This document shows positions 59,028 through 64,000 of a DNA stretch of 64,000 bases, in pieces. The stretch is from NCBI GenBank assembly GCA_958009085.1, contig OY253668.1:868001-932000 (forward strand). The letters run 5' to 3'. Numbering within the stretch: the first letter of the stretch is position 1; the number at the start of each line of letters is the position of its first letter. The notes beneath the pieces were generated by a model. That model had not been told where the DNA came from and did no database searches. It worked only from the letters and a program-made list of their open reading frames with translations. This DNA is from Protoeuglena noctilucae (Eukaryota). The position numbers and the translations under genes were made by a program.

Positions 59028-60017
59028 GGGGCGAGGATTTGTGGTTGGCGGGGATGGTAGTGGCTGTTACTTGGCGGAGTGCAGGCACCCCTCCAATGCC
59101 ATGCCACCCGTGGCGTGCTTTGCCATCGATGCCGCCGTAAGCTGCCAGCTGATGGCTGGCTTCGCTGCTACCTCTCATTCAGACAAATGTCTTGCTCTCA
59201 GGAAGCGCGACCTCCCTGTGGACTTGATACAGCGCCGCATCTGGGTGCTGCAACCGGCGGACCGCACGTGGTACGAGGCTTGAAGAGTGGGTTCGAATGG
59301 CGATGGCAGTGGCGCGTAGCCTCACCAATGAACTCAGGACAAACTCCTTTCCCTTTCTCGTTTTATGTCTCTTGACAGCGACCCGTCTCCTTCACGCTAT
59401 ACACGTACCTTCCCTCCTCTCCCTTCAGTGGCACCAGGGACCTCACCTCGGCCGTTGGCAAAGGTGGTGTGGCTGTCTCCACCGTGCCACCCAGCGCCGA
59501 CCCCCCCCGGGGCCACGTATGGCACCCGGGGCGGCCAAAGGAGCAGCGCGGGGGACGCGGGCAAGCCAATAGAGGTGATTGGCACACCCATGCACCCGCA
59601 CCCCATGCCTGCTACCCAAGCACGAAACCCGCGTTTTTATTGCTCAGCTGTCTGAATGCTGATCCCGTTTGTGCCTCTTTTCCTGCAGAGAGGGCGGTGG
59701 GGCAGGATGGGGAGGTGGGTGAGGGTGGGGAGGGGGAGGGCAGGCTTTGTTGGGGCACGAAACGGAGACGAACGGGGTTGGCGGATGGGGCAGTGGGGGC
59801 TGCGGTGGGGAAGGGTGGGGCTGTGGTGGCTGCGGTGGGGGCGGATGTGGCAGTGGACAATGCATTGATGGGCAACGCTGTCCCCTGTTGCACCCACGTC
59901 GCACCCCCCGCGCGCCTCGACACCTCGGCACTGCTGGCCGCAGCCCAGCATCGAGTCTTGGCCTTTCCCCAGCCAGCGCCTTTGCTGCAGCCGCCCGCGG
60001 TGCCGTCCCCGCGCCCC
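58668..60017 (+). repeat. Diverged direct duplication of a G-rich segment of about 270-320 bp (about 58668-58935 and 59700-60017)
   Basis: Both copies carry, in order, GCAGGATGGGGAGG, ATGGGCAACGCTGT, CACCTCGGC..TGCTG and GCCGTCCCCGCGCCCC. Confidence 0.75.
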
Positions 60018-60487
60018 CTCTTCCTGTGAGAGGGCCGACATTTCAGGGCAGTGACGGTGCCAACACGCTCTTGGGGGGTAGGCAGGGTGGGGCGGTGGGC
60101 GCGACTCGGCGCGCCGGCCGGCGGGGGGATAGCGCCCGGGCTGCCGGTGCTGACTGAGTGGGTTGATGGGTGAGGCTGCACATCTATGCAAGGGGGCACC
60201 CTTTGCTGCTCTGACGCTGCCCCATGCGCCCCGCTGTCCCATCCTCTCGCGCACCCTCACCCCTTGCTCCCAGGCGCCCTTGTACAACGTTGCACATGGC
60301 AAGGACCCCTGGCGTCGAGAGCTTGCTGGGGGTTCCTGGTGCTTGGTCCGGGGTGGAGGTGGGGTGCTGGGGGTGGCTTTCTTGACTCAGGCAGTGTCTG
60401 GCAGGTGGTGCCGGCCGCATTCACGCGCGACCGACTCGTCGACGTCTCTGATTCAACTTTTGGGCTATTCGAGTCCACGTCGCCAAG

Positions 60488-63227
60488 ATGCTGATTCTTT
60501 TGGGCCAGTCGTGGGCGACCGACGAGTCGTCGCCCTCGGAGATCTCCCCCGATGCTTGGACGGATCCCATATTCGGTGGGTCAGCTGCGCGCGCGCGTGG
60601 GGGTCGGTCTGGGGACGACCGCGACCGGCAGCATTTTAACCGTCGGCCGGTCGGCCGCACCCTCTGCGAGCGCAGAAGACCGCGCCATGGAGCTGCTGTC
60701 GCTGCTCAAATCAAAGTCGACCGACGAGCTGGGAGAGGCGATGCGCCTCGGCCCCCGAGAGAGCCAAACTGAGTTCGAGTACTACCAGAGCGGTTTTGAC
60801 AAGGCTCCGCACGTCCCCGCCATCCACCTCTTCTCGGGCGACGGCATGAAGGCCAACAAGGCCTACCGGGGCCTGCGGTGAGGCCTGCGGGGACGGGGTG
60901 AGTGACATCGACAGGCACAGACCTTGCTGCCAGCCTCACGCCCGCTCTGGCGCCCGCAGGGCCGACGAGCTGGACATGGAGGACATCGAGTGGGCCCAGG
61001 ACCACCTGTGCATCATGTCTGGCATGTACGGGCTGCTCCGCCCGCTCGACACCGCCAAGCGCCACAAGCTGACGATGGACATGAAGGCGAGCTCGAGGCC
61101 TGGGACATGGACCTCAGAGCCCGTCGACGCGTGCGCTCCTCGCACGATCTCCTCGCACGCGCCTCCGCCCCGCGCAGGTCTCGGGCCCGGCTGGCGAGAG
61201 CCTTCCCCAGTTCTGGGGCCAGGCCATTGCCCAGGAGATGAACGAGATGCTGGAGGCCCACGACCCGGACTCGCAGTTCATCGTCAACTGCCTGGAAGAG
61301 CGCGACACGGAGGCCCTCGATATGGAGGCCCTGCGCTTCCCAGGTGGGCCTGGCGGGCGGCGGCCGCGGCTTGCCCGGGACGCAAGTGCAGGTTTGCCGT
61401 TTGGCTTCGCTGCGCCGCGACGCTGCTCTCTTGTGCTGCCCTCGCGCAGTCGTGGACATGGACTTCCCGGGCTCCCTTGGCCAGCAGCAGCTCTACAAGG
61501 GCGAGCTCGCGCGCTTCGCCATTGAGAACCAGGCGAGGACCCTCGGGGCGGCACCACCTGCTTGCCTGCCTGCGGGGGCGGCTTTGCGATCCCCGCGTTT
61601 GCAGCGTCCGTTTGCGGTTTCCACCGTGCTGGCCCCGCTGTGGGGCAGCCTGACTTACATGTGCCACCCCTCCCTGCTTGGCTGTGCTGTTGGGTCGCCA
61701 TCTCGTCAACCTCTGGCACCCACGGCCCTGACGTGATGCAGTGCGAGACGTACGACGATCTCTCTGGCTTCTTCCGGGAGGGCACGTTCGAGTTCGACCC
61801 GGACCTGTCAGACGAGAGCACCCTCGTCTTCGTGCCGCCCCACCAGCACGCAGGTGAGACGGTGCATGGCACGGGCATTTCGCCTCGCGCCTCTGCCCCT
61901 GCACTGAACCAGTTGCGCTGCTCATCTTCGTGGGAGGTGTGACTGGGCATCCCGCGCCCTCGCCCCGCGCGCAGGCGGCCGCTCCAGGCGCCGTGCGGCC
62001 CCCCGCAAGCTGTCGGAGGACGCGATGCTCACGGAGGAGACGGAGCACCCCGACGAGGGGGAGGAGTACGCGACGCACCCGCGCTTCCGGGGCACGGACC
62101 CGCGCCTGCATGCCGCTGGCAAGAAGGGCGCTGCGCGCAGCAGCCAGTCGCGTGGTGCCGTGACCCCGGAGCGGCGGGAGCAGCTGCGGGCGGCAGGCCG
62201 CAAGGGCGCCGCGACGCGCAAGCGCCAGGCGGCTGAGCGTCGCGAGGCGGAGCGGCACAAGAGGATGCGCGGGGGGGAGGAGTTCGGCGAGGAGGGGGCC
62301 TACGAGGACGAGGAGGAGGGGGAGCCTGGGGACGAGGAGGAGCTCGGGGAGGAGGCGTACGAGGAGCCTCAGCGGGGGCGCACCACGCACGAGAAACTGC
62401 ACCTGGCCGGCAAGAAGGGCGCGGCGCGCAGCAGCCAGTCGCAGGGCCGCATCCCGGCCGAGCGCATGGAGGTCTTCCGCCAGGCTGGGCGCAAGGGCGG
62501 CCACCGCGTGCAGGAGCTCGCGCATGCCGGGCGCGCGGGCGCAGGCGGGCAGGCCGCCGACACCTACGAGCGGCTACGCCAGGCCGGCAAGAAGGGCGCG
62601 GCGCGCAGCAGCCAGTCGCAGGGCCGCATCCCGCCCGAGCGCATGGAGGTCTTCCGCCAGGCTGGGCGCAAGGGCGGCCACCGCGTGCAGGAGCTCGCGC
62701 ATGCCGTGCGCGCGGGCGCAGGCGGACAGGCCGCCGACACCTATGAGCGGCTGCGCCTAGCTGGCAAGAGGGGTGCGGAGCTCAGCAGCCAGTCGCAGGG
62801 CCGCATCCCGCCCGAGCGCATGGAGGTCTTCCGCCAGGCCGGGCGGAAGGGCGGCCTGACGACCCAGCGCCGCGCCCACCTGGGCCGGGACGCGGCGGAG
62901 GGCGAGGACGTGGGCGACGTGCCGCAGGAGGAGCTGGAGCGCGCGCAGGAGACCTACCGCCGCGTGCAGCAGGGCCAGCGAAAGGGTGGGCTTGCCCGGG
63001 GCGGCCGGGGCTCCTCGGGTGCTCGGGCGTTGACCGGTGCTCGCACGCGGCGCGACGAGGACACGCGGCTGGTGGACGAGGAGCTGCGGATCGAGCAGGA
63101 GGACTACGAGTACGAGCCGGAGGAGGAGGACGAGGACGAGGAGGAGGAGGACATGGAGGGCCTGGAGGAGGGCATGCACACCCGCAGTGGCGCACACTTC
63201 GGGGGGCGCGAGGTGGCAGCCCACTGA
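60488..63227 (+). CDS. yaaA: YaaA (UPF0246) peroxide-stress protein homologue fused to a KGG-repeat hydrophilic tail
   Basis: MLILL..., PAIHLFSG...AYRGL, WAQDHLCIMSGMYGLLRPLD, FWG, FIVNC, KGELARFAIEN and FEFDPDLSDESTLVFV follow the YaaA order. Intron 61854-61974 joins in frame to the 62025-63227 ORF. Confidence 0.85.
62405..62860 (+). repeat. Coding tandem repeat with a 177-nt (59-aa) period, about 2.5 copies, carrying AGKKGA / AGRKGG motifs
   Basis: Units start at 62405, 62582 and 62759; a more diverged partial unit lies near 62113-62215. Confidence 0.9.
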
Positions 63228-64000
63228 GCATGGGAAGCAACGCGCCCAGGGCGCCCAGGGCAGCTCGCCGCTGCCTGTAAGCGAACCTTTTCAGCGGACC
63301 TTTTCTAGACCTCCCCGTCTTGCGCTGCGCGCATTTCACCTGCCTGCACCTCACGCACCCTGAACTGTCACGTTGCAGCTTCTGCCTGCCACGCCCGCCG
63401 CCGCTCGCTGCCGCGTCTAGCGCGCTCTCAGCAGTTGAAGGGCACGCGTTGTAGTCATTCCGGTTCAAGCCAACCGGACATGCCCAGCGAGGGACCACGA
63501 CTCCCGGCTGTGATACGGGCCACGAGGCGGAGCCTCTCGTGAAACATGCCAACCAGCATCGAGGCAGGCTGCGGCGGAAACCCCAGCCATCCAGGAAACG
63601 CATGCGAGGGCCGGAACCGGCGAACGGGGATGTCATGTCAGGGCTGCCATATATAGGCGGTGGTGGCAGCCCAGGCATTCAGCAGTCCAAAACACTGACG
63701 CGAGTCAGCAGGAGGCAGGCACGGCCTCAGGACAAATACGAGCCCGGCCACGGAACAAGGGAGGGAGTTGACACCCAGCGGGAGTGAAGCGGCCGAGGTG
63801 TCCGTGGGAAAGAGCGCGGTCTGAACCAAGACCAACGGCAAAAGGGGCAACGCTAGGTGCTCTACCGGAGGCAATGAGGCGCTAAGCTAAGGAGATGGCT
63901 AGAAGGTCAGGATGAGGGGATGGGCAAAGGATAGACCGGATGCGGATCAGTCCTGCGCAGGATGGAGGGGATTCTAATGCACACCTGTGCTGAAAGGGGT

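Noticed and set aside
55108..60402. Classical transposon with a 16-bp target-site duplication or LTRs
   Set aside because: The similarity extends as a diverged copy of about 130 bp rather than a clean target-site duplication, and no transposase, reverse transcriptase, TIR or TG..CA ends were seen.
62405..62860. 177-bp tandem repeats as a CRISPR-like or satellite array
   Set aside because: They are in-frame coding repeats without unique spacers, in a eukaryotic gene.
29552..63227. Bacterial-like genes (RIBA, SecA, TraB, YaaA, MOC1) as a bacterial contig or recent HGT island
   Set aside because: All have spliceosomal introns and sit among typical eukaryotic genes; most have known algal or plant nuclear homologues.
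63539..64000. Short ORFs at the right edge
   Set aside because: No recognisable motif or codon bias, and the region is truncated by the window.

Overview
GC-rich, gene-dense eukaryotic nuclear DNA with many short (about 70-130 nt) spliceosomal introns. A centriole gene (WDR90) and plastid-type genes (SecA, MOC1, RIBA) point to a flagellate-capable green alga, which is an inference. About 17 spliced genes can be reconstructed by hand: WDR90, NASP, an SR splicing factor, ISCA, UTP12/WDR3, DUS3L, an RFC small subunit, an EF-hand/IQ protein, pyruvate kinase, GTP cyclohydrolase II, MOC1, TWD40-1, SecA, a photolyase-like/hydrolase fusion, TraB, a PH-kinase and YaaA. Main observations: (1) one pyruvate kinase gene encodes four tandem PK units; three share a nearly identical 476-bp block and the fourth has lost catalytic residues; (2) YaaA is spliced in frame to a KGG-repeat hydrophilin tail; (3) a lower-GC segment of about 5.3 kb begins with a diverged copy of the YaaA promoter and start codon and carries a decaying spliced orphan gene with an AP2-like motif; (4) GC-AG introns are unusually common; (5) RIBA and the SR gene each have one long, possibly regulatory intron; (6) the kinase has an MNK-type DFD motif. 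Exon boundaries and several gene ends are manual inferences, and no database searches were run.
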